From the NCBI GenBank assembly GCA_015059445.1, contig SVAK01000003.1:55058-119057 (forward strand): 64,000 nucleotides of DNA. Direction: 5' to 3'. The notes beneath the pieces were generated by a model that searched no databases, had not been told where the DNA came from, and was given only the letters and a program-made list of their open reading frames with translations. Of this stretch, positions 17,818 to 30,400 are shown piece after piece. Made by a program: the position numbers and the translations under genes. Source of the DNA: Bacillota bacterium. GTDB lineage: Bacteria > Bacillota_I > Bacilli_A > RF39 > UBA660. Position 1 is the first letter of the stretch. Every line of letters starts with the position of its first letter.

Positions 17818-17842
17818 AAAATAGTCATTTGACTATTTTTTT
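17818..17842. terminator. Bidirectional terminator between the tRNA and a convergent gene
   Basis: Stem AAATAGTC/GACTATTT with loop ATTT, an A-run 5' and a T-run 3'. Confidence 0.6.
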
Positions 17843-17843
17843 G

Positions 17844-18539
17844 TTAATTAATTTCCTTTTTTACCTTTCTTAAATAATCAATAGGGTATTTATGTTTAGA
17901 AAGTGTTCTGCATATTTCATGACCTTTTGATTGATTATTACAAAAATAATCGCGAAAATTTGTTGATTCAAATTCTGGATAAATTTGTGCCGAGTAAATT
18001 AAATATGAGTATAATATCCAACATGCATTTAAATAATTATCATGCTCAATAATTTGTATCTCTCTATCACTTTCGCGGTAACGCTCGCTATCTATTATAA
18101 TAATTTCATTGTCTGTAAAAATAGTATTTTCTAAATTAGCATCCCATGTTTCAATGTGTTCTTTTGAAAGTTTATCAAATGATGCAAAAATATTTGTAAA
18201 GTTATCTAATAAATAGTCACTTGTTTCTAATAAAAAATCTTTTTGACTTTGTTCATAAAAAGGCCCGATAAATGCTCTGAAAGCATGAGAAGCATTAAAA
18301 AAATATTCATCTATTTGAAAAAAATTTTTTAATTGTAAATATTGGATTTTTTGTTGAAATAATAAATCTGGTTCTTCGCCAGTATGTACTCTAAATCTTT
18401 TTAGACATCTTCCATCTGTAGTTTGATATACAAAATGAGCGTTATATTGGTGGCTTATCTTTCTTGCTATAGGTATTTGGATAATTTGATTCTCGCTATC
18501 ATAAAGCCACATATATAACATCTCATTTCTTTTTTGCAA
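17844..18539 (-). CDS. Hypothetical protein, possibly a kinase-like (APH/ChoK-type) fold
   Basis: 231 aa. The segment TWDANLENTIF...IIIIDSERY resembles a D-x4-N catalytic loop plus an IDxE motif. The assignment is weak. Confidence 0.35.
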   Translation of the reverse strand: MQKRNEMLYMWLYDSENQIIQIPIARKISHQYNAHFVYQTTDGRCLKRFRVHTGEEPDLLFQQKIQYLQLKNFFQIDEYFFNASHAFRAFIGPFYEQSQKDFLLETSDYLLDNFTNIFASFDKLSKEHIETWDANLENTIFTDNEIIIIDSERYRESDREIQIIEHDNYLNACWILYSYLIYSAQIYPEFESTNFRDYFCNNQSKGHEICRTLSKHKYPIDYLRKVKKEIN

Positions 18540-18680
18540 ATTATTATATCATAATAATTTATTAATTCCAGTTTTAATAGCCAAATATATTTTAAATACT
18601 TAATGATGAGTCAAATTGACTTCTTTTTTAATGACTAAAATATTGTAAAATGATATAATTATGTAAGAGGTATAGAACAT

Positions 18681-20759
18681 ATGAATTATTTAGACACCCT
18701 TAATAAAGAACAAAGAGAAGCAGTAATGCATATAGATGGACCTTGCTTAGTAGTGGCAGGGGCAGGCTCTGGTAAAACTAAGGTATTAACTACGAGAATT
18801 GCTCATTTAATTGAAAGTGGTATTTATAGCAGTAATATATTAGCAATTACATTTACAAATAAAGCTGCTAAAGAAATGAAAGATAGGATTAGTAAGATAG
18901 TTTCAGAAAACTATGCTTTTGTAGGAACTTTTCATTCTTTTGGATTAAGAATAATAAAGGAAAACTATGAAGTGCTTGGGTTAGATAAAAATTTTACTAT
19001 TATAGATTCTGATGATGTTTTAAGTATTATAAAAAAAATACTAAAAGACTTAGGATATGATATTAAGCAAGTTGCTCCTTCATACATTAGAAATAGAATT
19101 AGCTTTATTAAAAATGAAATGTTGAGTGATTCTGAAATAGAAAAATACTTTTTATCAGAACCTGAAAAAATTGCTAAACAAGTATACTTTGAATATGTGA
19201 AAGTATTAAAGAAAAATAATGTAGTTGATTTTGATGATTTACTTAAACTACCAGTAGATTTATTTGTGAATAATCCTGATATTTTAGAAAAATATCAAGA
19301 TAAATATAAATATATATTAATTGATGAATATCAAGATACTAATGAGGTACAATATAAGTTAGTGAAGTTACTTTCTAGAAAATATCGTAATATTTTTGTT
19401 GTAGGAGATCAAAATCAAGCAATTTATGGTTTCAGACAAGCAAATTATAAAAATATTTTGAATTTTGAAAAAGATTATCCAGACGCAGCAGTTATCGTTT
19501 TAAATCAAAATTATAGAAGTACAACTACTATTTTAAATGCTGCTAATTCAGTAATAAAAAATAATGTTGAAAGAAAAGACGTTAATTTATTTAGTGAATT
19601 AGGAGAAGGTGTTAAAGTTAAATACTTAAGAAGCAACGATGGATTTCAAGAAGTTAATTTAGTTGTTAATGAAATAAATAATTTGTTAGATATGGGTTAT
19701 AAAAAGCAGGACATAGCAATCTTTTATAGAACTAACGCTCAGTCGCGTGTTTATGAAGAAGCAATGTTAAAAAGTAATTTTCCATATAAAGTGGTTGGTA
19801 GTTTTTATTTCTATAAAAGAAAAGAAATTAAAGATTTAATTAGCTATTTAAAATTAATTGCTAATCATAATGATGATATTGCTTTAAAAAGAGTGATAAA
19901 TGAACCAAAAAGAGGTATTGGTGCTAAGACTATTGAAGGACTTGAAAATGAAGCTAATATTACTGGACAATCTATGTTTGATGTTATTAGTAATGGTAAA
20001 GAGTTAGAATTTAAAAAATTAATTGAAAATTTAATTAAAGAAGCTGAAAACTTATCTCTTACTGAGTTAATTGACAAAGTATTAGAAAACTCGGGAATGA
20101 AAGCTGAGCTTGAAAAAGAAAAAAATTTAGATAGCGAACTAAGAATTGATAATTTAATGGAATTTAGAAGTATAACAGAGAGCTATCAAAATGTAACAGG
20201 AAGTGTTAATTTACAGGATTTCTTAGATGAAATAAGTTTAATTGCTGATATAACCGAGCATCAAAATCAAGATGACGCAATTACTCTGATGACGTTCCAT
20301 TCTGCAAAAGGACTAGAATTTAAAGTGGTATTCATGGTGGGGATGGAAGAAGGCTTAATGCCACATTCAAATGCCTTTTGTGAAGAAAATGGTATTGAAG
20401 AAGAGCGAAGATTATGTTATGTTGGAATTACGAGAGCAAAAGAAAGATTATATCTTACTAATGCTAAATCTAGAATGTTGTATGGAAAAGATATGATGAA
20501 TCCGCCATCTCGTTTTATTGGAGAAATATCTAATGAATATATTGAATCAAATATTCAAGAAGAAAAGAAAATAAATAAAGATTTATTATATGATTCAGAA
20601 AATGAAGAATATAAAAGTGGGGAAGTTGTAAACCATTTATCTTTTGGTAGAGGTGTTGTTATAGGTGTTGATGAAAGATTTGTAACGGTAGCTTTTGACA
20701 AAAGATTTGGAATAAAGAAATTCTTGAAAAATTATAAAGGGTTAAAGAAAGGAAAATAA
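18681..20759 (+). CDS. pcrA: ATP-dependent DNA helicase PcrA (UvrD family)
   Basis: The N-terminus LNKEQREAV precedes a GAGSGKT Walker A motif. The DEYQDTN and VGDQNQAIYGFR motifs are present. It is followed by ligA as in Bacillus. Confidence 0.9.
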   Translation: MNYLDTLNKEQREAVMHIDGPCLVVAGAGSGKTKVLTTRIAHLIESGIYSSNILAITFTNKAAKEMKDRISKIVSENYAFVGTFHSFGLRIIKENYEVLGLDKNFTIIDSDDVLSIIKKILKDLGYDIKQVAPSYIRNRISFIKNEMLSDSEIEKYFLSEPEKIAKQVYFEYVKVLKKNNVVDFDDLLKLPVDLFVNNPDILEKYQDKYKYILIDEYQDTNEVQYKLVKLLSRKYRNIFVVGDQNQAIYGFRQANYKNILNFEKDYPDAAVIVLNQNYRSTTTILNAANSVIKNNVERKDVNLFSELGEGVKVKYLRSNDGFQEVNLVVNEINNLLDMGYKKQDIAIFYRTNAQSRVYEEAMLKSNFPYKVVGSFYFYKRKEIKDLISYLKLIANHNDDIALKRVINEPKRGIGAKTIEGLENEANITGQSMFDVISNGKELEFKKLIENLIKEAENLSLTELIDKVLENSGMKAELEKEKNLDSELRIDNLMEFRSITESYQNVTGSVNLQDFLDEISLIADITEHQNQDDAITLMTFHSAKGLEFKVVFMVGMEEGLMPHSNAFCEENGIEEERRLCYVGITRAKERLYLTNAKSRMLYGKDMMNPPSRFIGEISNEYIESNIQEEKKINKDLLYDSENEEYKSGEVVNHLSFGRGVVIGVDERFVTVAFDKRFGIKKFLKNYKGLKKGK

Positions 20760-20760
20760 A

Positions 20761-21666
20761 ATGGAAAAAGATTTAACATTATTAGTATTAGCTGCAGGAA
20801 TGGGCAGTAGATTTGGAGGTCTCAAACAAATAGAACCAGTAGGTCCAAATGGAGAATTTATTATTGATTATTCAATATATGATGCGATTGAAGCCGGATT
20901 TACAAAAGTGGTATTCTTAATTAAAGAAGAAAACTTTGAAATTTTTAAGGAAACTGTTGGAAAAAGAGTAGAAAATAAAATAAAAGTAGAATATGCTTTT
21001 CAAAAAATAGAAGATGTACCGGAAGGTGTAGAAATTCCTAGTGAAAGAGTTAAACCTTTGGGCACAGCACATGCAATATACGCTGCAAGAAATGTTATTC
21101 ATGAAAATTTTGCGACAATTAATGCCGATGATTTTTATGGAAGAGACGCATATATGAAAGCAGCAGAATTTTTAAGAAATTGTGAAGCTAATCAATATGG
21201 AAATATTGCATATAAAACTGGTAATACATTAACAGAAAATGGCGCTGTTAAAAGAGGAATTATTTTTGAAGAAAATGGAAATTTAAGTCAGTTAGTTGAA
21301 AGTAGTATAATAGAAAAAAATGGATTAGCAGAATGTAGTCCTCTTGATGGTAGTGAAACATTTACAACAAGTTTAGAACAACCAGTTTCAATGAATTTAT
21401 TCTGTCTAACACCGAAATTAATTGAGTATATTAGTAATAATATTAAAGATTTCTTTACTAATTCAGCTAATGATTTATTAACTTGTGAGTATTTATTACC
21501 AAATGCAGTTTATGAAAGTTCATTAGAAGAAGATGAACCTATAAAAGTTATTACTACTGATAGTAAATATTTAGGTATGACTTATAGAGAAGATTTAGAA
21601 GAATTAAAATTAGGAATAGCAAATCTGATAAATGAAGGCGTTTATAAAAAAGATTTATGGGGGTAA
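20761..21666 (+). CDS. Sugar-phosphate nucleotidyltransferase family protein
   Basis: It has an N-terminal LAAGMGSRFGGLKQ NTP-transferase motif. 301 aa, inserted between pcrA and ligA. Confidence 0.6.
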   Translation: MEKDLTLLVLAAGMGSRFGGLKQIEPVGPNGEFIIDYSIYDAIEAGFTKVVFLIKEENFEIFKETVGKRVENKIKVEYAFQKIEDVPEGVEIPSERVKPLGTAHAIYAARNVIHENFATINADDFYGRDAYMKAAEFLRNCEANQYGNIAYKTGNTLTENGAVKRGIIFEENGNLSQLVESSIIEKNGLAECSPLDGSETFTTSLEQPVSMNLFCLTPKLIEYISNNIKDFFTNSANDLLTCEYLLPNAVYESSLEEDEPIKVITTDSKYLGMTYREDLEELKLGIANLINEGVYKKDLWG

Positions 21667-24250
<2,584 letters not shown>

Positions 24251-24290
24251 AGATTAACAATTGTTAGTCTTTTTAAATAGCAAATAAAAA

Positions 24291-24316
24291 AACTTAGAAT
24301 TTTCTAAGTTATTTTA
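24291..24316. terminator. Bidirectional terminator (hypothetical gene / rpmB)
   Basis: Stem AACTTAGAA/TTCTAAGTT, flanked by A-rich sequence on the 5' side and a T-run on the 3' side. Confidence 0.6.
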
Positions 24317-24467
24317 ATTTTTTTGCTTCTCTAGCACTAGTTATTACTTTTTTACCATCAATTGTTTTCTTTTGTAAATTTGGCTTTTGAACCATTCTTG
24401 TAGCATTTAAAGCATGGCTTCTTTTATTTCCTGCTAAAGGTTTTTTATTTGTTGTTTTTTTTGCCAT
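24309..24467 (-). CDS. rpmB: 50S ribosomal protein L28
   Basis: The product MAKKTTNKKPLAGNKRSHALNATRMVQKPNLQKK matches the L28 signature. I take the second Met, preceded by GGAGG, as the start. Confidence 0.8.
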   Translation of the reverse strand: MAKKTTNKKPLAGNKRSHALNATRMVQKPNLQKKTIDGKKVITSAREAKKLK

Positions 24468-24566
24468 TATAAAGCCTCCTTTTTCTCTTAAAAACTTTAC
24501 CATATATACGAATATTTGTCAAATATTTTTGAGTATTGTGTTATAATTTAGCTAGGAGGATTTTTC

Positions 24567-27437
24567 ATGTACGCACCATTAAAAGTTACAACTGATTATA
24601 CATTACTAAATAGTTTAATTAAAGTTAATGATTTAATTAATTTTTGTGTGAAACAAAATATCAAAAGTTGTGCGATATGTGATACTAATTTATTTGGAAG
24701 TATAGAATTTTATAAGCTTGCCAAAAAAAGTAATATTAAACCCATTTTAGGATTAGAAATAAAATTTAATAATAAAACTGTGTATTTGTATGCAGAAAAT
24801 TATGATGGGTATAAAAACATGTTAAAAATAAATACAATTGTATGTGAAAGAGATATTAGTATTTTAGAGTTAGAAAGATTAAGTAAAAATGTTTTAGCAA
24901 TTATTCCATATGGAAGTATAGATTTATATGATAATTTAAAATTTATAAATAATTTATATATTGGATATGAAAATAAAAATGAATTACAAAGTAGTTTATT
25001 GAAAAGTAGTAATGTTGTTTTTGTAAATGATATTAAAGCTTTTTCTTTTGAAGATTTAGAATATATTAAATATTTAGATATTATAGCAGAGAGAGATAAT
25101 CAAGAATATATTCATAATTATTTTGACAATCAAAATTTATCAAAGTTTGATTTAGATAAAATAGAAGAAGTAGTAAATCTTCTTAATATAGAAATGCCTA
25201 CTAATACAAGATATATTCCAAAATATAATAAAGAATTTGATTCATTTCAAACTCTTTATAATTTATGTGTTAAAGGTTTAGATAAAAGACTTAAGGGGAA
25301 TGTTTCAAAAGAATATAGTGAACGATTAAAATATGAATTATCTGTTATTAAAAAAATGGGATTTGTAGATTATTTCTTAATTGTTTATGATTATGTTTTA
25401 TATGCTAAGAAGAACAATATTTTTGTCGGACCTGGAAGAGGGAGTGCTGCTGGGTCTTTAGTAAGTTACGTAATTGGAATTACTGATATTGATCCAATAA
25501 AATATAATTTATTATTTGAAAGATTTTTAAATTATGAAAGAGTTACCATGCCTGATATTGATATAGACTTTGATAATACAAAAAGAGATGATGTTATTAA
25601 TTATGTTAAAAATAAATATGGTAAAGATAATGTATCTGGCGGTATGACTTTTGCTACTTTGAAGACAAGGTTGGTTTTAAGGGAATTAGGTAAGATTTTA
25701 AAAATAGATGAAAGATTATTAAATAAATTTTTAAAAGTATTAAATAAAGATGTAAATTTAAAAAATAATTTAGAACAAAAAATAGTTAAAGATTATTTGA
25801 ATAGTTATTCTGAATTAAAAAAATTATATCATATTAGTTTAAAATTAGAAGGATTGAAGAGAAATATTAGCACTCATGCTGCAGGTATTGTTATTGGTGA
25901 TAGGGCACTTGATGAAATAATTCCTATGTATAAAAAGGGTGATGTTTATTTAACTGGTGTAGGAATGGAACACTTAGAAGATTTAGGATTATTAAAGATG
26001 GATTTTTTAGCCTTAAAAAATCTAAGTATAATTAGTAATGTTGTAAGTAGGATCCCAAATTTTAATGTTAATAAAATTTCACTAGAAGATAAGGAAGTAT
26101 ATGAATTATTTGGAAAGGCAGAAACTGATGGGATTTTTCAATTTGAAACTAATGCTTTTAAAAATATGTTAGTTAAATATAAACCAAAGAATTTTTCTGA
26201 GTTAGTAGCAAGTGTAGCTTTAGTAAGACCCGGGCCAAGTAGAGAGTTAGAAACTTACATTAAAAGAAAAAATGGATTAGAAAAAATAACTTATTATCAT
26301 GAATCTTTGGAAGATATTTTAAAAGAAACGTATGGTGTAATTGTTTATCAAGAACAAGTTATTAATATTTTAGTTAAGATGGCTAAATTTAGTTATGCAG
26401 AAGCTGATAATATAAGAAGAGCTATGTCTAAGAAAAAAGAAGATATTGTATTAAAAGAAAAGGATAATTTTATTAAAAGAAGTATGTTAAATGGTTATGA
26501 AGAAAAATTAGCAGAAAATGTTTTTAATCATATCTTAAAATTTGCATCTTATGGATTCAATAAGGCTCATTCTGTTTCTTATGCAATTATTTCTTATCAG
26601 ATGGCATATTTAAAAGTTCATTATAAATCACTATTTATTTTTGAACTTTTAAATAATTCTTTAGGTAGTGAAGAAAAAGTTAAAATATATTTAAATGAAT
26701 TAAAAAAAGATAAATTAAAAATTTATCCAGTTAGTATTAATTATTCCGATTATAATTTTATTTTAAAGAATAATGTTGTATTTTTACCATTTAAGTTAAT
26801 TAAAAATATGAAAAATGATTTAATTAAACATTTAATAGAAGAAAGAAAAAATAATGGTTCATTTAAAGATGTTTTTGATTTTTTTAAAAGAACTGTTAAA
26901 AATACAACAAAAAATGAATATACAATGTTAATTAATGCTGGAGTATTAAACGAATTTCAATTAGGTGTAAAAACTTTAATTAATAATTTAGATGTTTTAA
27001 TAAATTATGGTAACTTATATAATGATTTAGGAGAATATGCATTGATTCCAGAGCTTGAAATAGTAGAGGAATATGATAAAGATACTTTAAGACAAAATGA
27101 GATTAATAGTTATGGATTTTTTATAAGTAACCATCCTGCTAGTAAATACAGTAACAAAGAGGTCATAAAATTAGAAAATATTAAGGAAAATGTGTTTAAA
27201 AATATAGTGTGTTATGTTATGGTAGATAATGTAAAGAAGATTAAAACTAAGAAGAATGAAGATATGGCTTTTATTAGCGCTAGTGATGAAACTGATAAGT
27301 GTGATTTTACAGTGTTTCCAAAAAATTTTTACTTGTTACAAAATATAAGTAAAAATGATATGATAAAAGTATGGGGAAGTGTGACCAAAAGATTTGACAA
27401 ATATAGTGTTATTGTAAATAATATTTTAGAGGAGTAA
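24567..27437 (+). CDS. dnaE: DNA polymerase III alpha subunit DnaE, with a degenerate PHP domain
   Basis: It has the Pol C-family catalytic motif MPDIDIDFD, fingers/thumb regions and a C-terminal OB fold. The N-terminal PHP region lacks the HxH/DH metal ligands: it reads YAPLKVTTDYT and ICDTN. Confidence 0.85.
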   Translation: MYAPLKVTTDYTLLNSLIKVNDLINFCVKQNIKSCAICDTNLFGSIEFYKLAKKSNIKPILGLEIKFNNKTVYLYAENYDGYKNMLKINTIVCERDISILELERLSKNVLAIIPYGSIDLYDNLKFINNLYIGYENKNELQSSLLKSSNVVFVNDIKAFSFEDLEYIKYLDIIAERDNQEYIHNYFDNQNLSKFDLDKIEEVVNLLNIEMPTNTRYIPKYNKEFDSFQTLYNLCVKGLDKRLKGNVSKEYSERLKYELSVIKKMGFVDYFLIVYDYVLYAKKNNIFVGPGRGSAAGSLVSYVIGITDIDPIKYNLLFERFLNYERVTMPDIDIDFDNTKRDDVINYVKNKYGKDNVSGGMTFATLKTRLVLRELGKILKIDERLLNKFLKVLNKDVNLKNNLEQKIVKDYLNSYSELKKLYHISLKLEGLKRNISTHAAGIVIGDRALDEIIPMYKKGDVYLTGVGMEHLEDLGLLKMDFLALKNLSIISNVVSRIPNFNVNKISLEDKEVYELFGKAETDGIFQFETNAFKNMLVKYKPKNFSELVASVALVRPGPSRELETYIKRKNGLEKITYYHESLEDILKETYGVIVYQEQVINILVKMAKFSYAEADNIRRAMSKKKEDIVLKEKDNFIKRSMLNGYEEKLAENVFNHILKFASYGFNKAHSVSYAIISYQMAYLKVHYKSLFIFELLNNSLGSEEKVKIYLNELKKDKLKIYPVSINYSDYNFILKNNVVFLPFKLIKNMKNDLIKHLIEERKNNGSFKDVFDFFKRTVKNTTKNEYTMLINAGVLNEFQLGVKTLINNLDVLINYGNLYNDLGEYALIPELEIVEEYDKDTLRQNEINSYGFFISNHPASKYSNKEVIKLENIKENVFKNIVCYVMVDNVKKIKTKKNEDMAFISASDETDKCDFTVFPKNFYLLQNISKNDMIKVWGSVTKRFDKYSVIVNNILEE

Positions 27438-27442
27438 ACAAC

Positions 27443-30400
27443 ATGGATGAATTAAAAAGATTTTTAAATAGTATAAATTTTGAATACACTGATGATTTAC
27501 AGGATACTGAAATAATGAAAGTAGTTTTAAACAGAGAAACTAAAGTATATAATGTTTATTTAAAAAGTAAATATGTTTTAAGTTATGAACTAGTAACTGA
27601 TCTTTTTAATCATGCTAAAAGGGGTATAAATGGTAAAGATAAATGTTATTTAGAAATGGTTTATGACAATATAACTACTGAAGATTTAGAAGCTTATATA
27701 AAATCAATTTTAAATGCTGTTGTTTTTGAACATCCATCTTTAATGGGACTGGAAAATAGTTTTACAAAAGAAGAAGATAATACGATTTATTTAGAAGTAG
27801 GTAGTAATGCAGAAGTTAAAGCTTTAGAAAATTACCAAGATGAAATAATTACTCATTTAAGAAATTATGGTTTAGGAGATTTTCTTATTAATATATCAAT
27901 TAATGAACAAATTAAAGAAGAAATAAAGAAAGAAATCGAAGCATCAAAAGAAGTTAAACCAGAAAAGAAAGAAGATAGTCCAGTAATATTTGGGTTTCAT
28001 AAAGATGGTGAAGTAACTCAAATTAAAAATATTATGGGTGAACAAAAAAATATTATTATTGAAGGTTATGTTTTTGGAATCGATAATAGTGAAAGAAAAG
28101 GACAAAAAGCTACTGCTTATATTATAAATCTAAAAGTAAGTGATAAGACTGATAGTTTTTTAGTTAAATTTGTTAGATTTAAAGAGGAAGAATATAAACA
28201 AATATTAAAAGGCTTAAAAGTCGGGAAATGGTTTAGAATCGTTGGTAATGTGGAAATGGATAACTATTTAAGACAAATGGTTTTAAATGGACGAAGTATT
28301 GAAGCAATAAAGAGTAAAGATATAGCAGTTACTGATGAAGAAGAAGAAAAAAGAGTAGAACTTCATGTCCATACTATGATGAGTGCAATGGATGGTGTAA
28401 TAGAGGCTAAAAAGTTAGTAAAACATGCTAAAAGTTTGGGGCACAAAGCAGTGGCTGTCACTGATCATGATTGTTTACAATCTTATCCAGAATTATATCA
28501 TGCAGTATGTGATATAAATTATGGAATTGAAAATGAAGAAGATAAGTTTAAAGTTATTTATGGTGCTGAAATGAGTATTGTGAATAATGAAAATGATTTA
28601 ATTCACAATCTAAGAGATTATGATTTATTAGAGACTGAATTTGTTGTATTTGATACCGAAACAACAGGATTTACACCCTATACAGATCAAATAATTGAAA
28701 TTGGTGCTGTTAAAATTAAAAATGGGGAAATAACTGATAGATTTGATGAACTTATTAATCCGGGACGAAAGTTGCCAGAAAAAATAATTGAACTTACTAA
28801 TATAACTGATGAAATGTTAGAAGATAAAGATACGGAAGAAAATGTTACGAAAAGATTTATGGAATTTATTGGTGATTTACCGATGGTTGCTCATAACGCC
28901 AAATTTGATATCGGTTTTATAAGTGCTGCTTATAATAAATACAATTTAGGTGAATTTAGTAATACTGTTCTTGATACAATGAGTATGGCCAGAATGCTTT
29001 ATCCAAACTGGAAAAATCATAAATTATCAACACTTGTTAAACAATTAGAAGTTCCTTGGGATGAGGATGCACATCATAGAGCTGATTATGATAGTGAGGG
29101 AACTGCAATAGGATTTTATAAAATGTGTAAAACATTATATAATCGCAATATTGAAACTACTAAAAAATTGTATGATTCAGTAGATTTAGAAGAATTATTA
29201 AAATTTAGTAGACCATTCCATATGTCTGTTTTAGTTAAAAATAGAACGGGATTAAAAAATTTATTTAAAATAATTAGTTTTGCAAATACAAAATATTTAT
29301 TTAAAGGTGATCAACCGAAACTACCAAGAGACGAGCTTAATGCACATCGCGAAGGAATGCTTTTTGGTTCTGGATGTGTCAATGGTGAAATATTTGAAGC
29401 TGCTTTTACTAAAGAAGATGAAGAATTAGCTAAAATGATGCAATATTATGATTATATTGAAGTTCAGCCACCAGAAGTTTATTCTTATCTTGTTGATATG
29501 GAATCTAGTCCAATTAAATCTTTAGCGGATATTTATACTCATATTAAGAAAATTGTTAAAGTAGCAGAGGAAGCTGGAGTAATGGTTTGCGCTACTAGTG
29601 ATGCCCATCATTTAACAAGAGAAGATAAAATATATCGTGATATTATTGCTAATCAAAGATTTAATGGTAAGTTGCATCCTCTCAATAAAAGAGGCATAAC
29701 TATTCCAGACATGCATTTTTATACTACACGAGAAATGCTTGATGCATTTTCATTCTTAGGAGAAGAAAAAGCTAAAGAAATAGTAGTAATTAATCCAAAT
29801 AAAATTGCGGATCAATGTGAAATTGTTGAAGTTATTATTGAAACTGGTGGTGTTCCATTCTCGCCAAAAATTGAAAATTCAGCACAAATTGTTGAAGACA
29901 TGGTTTATAACAAAGCAAAAGATTGGTATGGAGATCCGCTTCCCGATAATATTCGAGATAGAATTGAACAAGAATTAAAAGGGATAATTGGTGGTGGATT
30001 TGATGTTATTTATCTAATTGCCCAAAAACTGGTTAAAAAGAGTAATGACGATGGGTTCTTAGTTGGTTCTCGTGGTTCAGTTGGATCATCTTTTGTTGCT
30101 ACTATGATGGGAATTACCGAAGTTAATCCGCTTCCTTCCCATTATCGTTGTCCAAATTGTAAACATAGTATCTTTAAAAATGATGATGGCGAAGACCTAG
30201 CAATTGAATTTGGTATAGGTTTTGATCTTCCGGATAAAGATTGTCCAAAGTGTGGGGTTAAAATGATTAAAGATGGTGAAGACATGCCATTTGCTACATT
30301 CTTGGGGTTTAATGCTGATAAAGTTCCGGATATTGACTTAAACTTTTCTGATTTAAATCAAGCAGCAGCCCACGAATACACAAAAGTATTATTCGGCGAA

